Of a stretch of 64,000 nt of DNA, positions 62,130 through 64,000 are shown one piece after another. The stretch is from the human T2T-CHM13v2.0 reference genome, Homo sapiens. The notes below the pieces were generated by a model that was given only the letters and a program-made list of their open reading frames with translations, was not told the DNA's origin and ran no database searches. Every line of letters begins with the position of its first letter. Positions within the stretch are counted from its first letter, which is position 1. The DNA lies in the NCBI RefSeq assembly GCF_009914755.1, contig NC_060929.1. One strand, 5' to 3'. A program made the position numbers and the translations under genes.

Positions 62130-62500
62130 TGAGGATCACTTTGGTTTTAATTAACAGAAATTTCTGACTCAAAATGATTTAAACATTAGGAGACATCAGG
62201 AACCATTTCATCTCACTGAACCAGAATTTCATAGGCATGGCAGCTCTTGCTGTGGCATCTCAGGGTCGTAATTTGTTTTCTGGCAATTCTATCTACTTTG
62301 ACCTTCACTACATGTTGACATCATGGTTGTAGTTCTAGGTATTGAAGCATACAGGGCATCATCTCAGGGAAGAAAGAAAAATTTTCCCCACCTTTTTTGG
62401 CCAGGATTGGATGGCATGTCACATCTAAGCCAATTACAAGCAAGGGGAAAAGATCATCGTGGCTGACCATTTGGAGTAGGGTGTATTTTTGGGAGTCAAC
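62130..62500 (-). mobile_element. Old MLT1 (J/K/L-like) LTR
   Basis: AACAGAAATTTCTGACTCAAAATGATTTAAAC; TTGGCCAGGATTGG...CATGTC...AAGCCAATTAC. Confidence 0.5.
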
Positions 62501-63345
62501 CACCGAGACCACTGCAATAAGGCAGATTGGAAGGAAGGATGGAGCCACCTGACACTATGTAACCTCCATTCAAACTCTGCAGAGTGGACTCTTTGTAAGG
62601 CTGCTTGGTTGATGGAGATAGCAGCACATCTGCCATTTTGTACTTCTTGTTACAAGGCGGATCATGACCATTTTATAGTTCCTGTTCTGTGGCCACTATA
62701 ATTGGCTTGAGATTCCTATGTAGCTTTTCTCTCTTTTTCTTTCTTTTCGTTATTTTGAAGAGACTGAGTCTACAGTTGCAATGGAAGACATTGAGATGAA
62801 AGAAAATCTCTACTCATTTTGATTCGCAGAAAGCTACAGGTTGTATCTTATAATGACTATTGCAGAAAACAATGAGCCTCCAGATCTTGGTTTTAAAAAA
62901 ATGGTGCCTCTGATGAATCTCTTTCCTGGGCAATTTGTTGACTTTGTTTTAGCTGCCACCCTTGTATCAGCCTGTAGTTAATTCAGACTAGAATACAAAT
63001 ACCAGTGTTAAAAGGACAAATAACTAATTAGGGGGCATCCCAATCTGTTCCTTGATTAAGGAAATAATTCTCATCTGATAAGACAAGAAATAATCAGCAA
63101 GATGTTATGTATGTTTTGAGGCAATGAAAAGTGTTCTTCCTGATGAAAGTTTGTTGAATTAAGACAAACCCGTTTATTTTGTGTCTTCATCTACAAATCC
63201 ATGACATCAGCTGCTTAGGTGCTTATAATCAGAGCCACACCAGAAAGAAGAAACATTTCTATCGTTCCGTTTCCTGAAGGAAATATGTGAGAACTCATAG
63301 CTGCCACTATTAATTGGGATAATCTTCTGGTAAATTCCTGGTCTG

Positions 63346-63729
<384 letters not shown>

Positions 63730-64000
63730 TCAGCCTCTGCCTTTCTCTTTTACTGACTTCTGGCCCTTTTCCTGCAAATGAATGAACATTTGATGTTGCA
63801 GCAGGAACAACTCATTATGCTCATGAAAAAGCACAAAAACTGTCTAGGAAAATATCTACTGATCATTTAACCATGAACCATGACTAACAGTTATCTAAAT
63901 GGAATTAAGGGTAATGACTCCAAGAGGTTCATAGGAAAAAAGTGCCATTTCCTAGCAGTAACAATTGAGTAGTTTTTTCCTCCTTCTTTTATGGAAACTT

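Overview
Primate (very likely human) non-coding genomic DNA, intronic or intergenic. About 49 Alu/FLAM/FRAM copies make up roughly a fifth of the window. It also holds L1PA/L1M fragments, L2 and MIR relics, about a dozen solo LTRs (THE1, MSTA, MLT1/2, MER4-group ERV1) and DNA-transposon relics (MER1A/B, MER5, MER33, MADE1, Tigger4, MER94). I recognise no protein-coding exon, CpG island or gene; the ORF track is mostly translated repeats. I found no evidence of a new biological system. The best observations are five. (1) An old local rearrangement at 2.2-4.1 kb, where a ~120-bp inverted duplication is fused to a ~200-bp direct duplication, both ~86% identical. (2) A tailless 5S rRNA retropseudogene with target-site duplications (TSDs) at 24775-24816. 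(3) An old L1M with a 5' inversion that also hosts a 47-bp poly(A)-tailed micro-retrocopy of unknown origin. (4) An intact MADE1 hairpin. (5) Five alternately oriented, closely spaced Alus at 52.5-54.4 kb. Subfamily names are recalled from consensus sequences, not from a database search, and most repeat boundaries are approximate (about 10 bp, more for ancient repeats).
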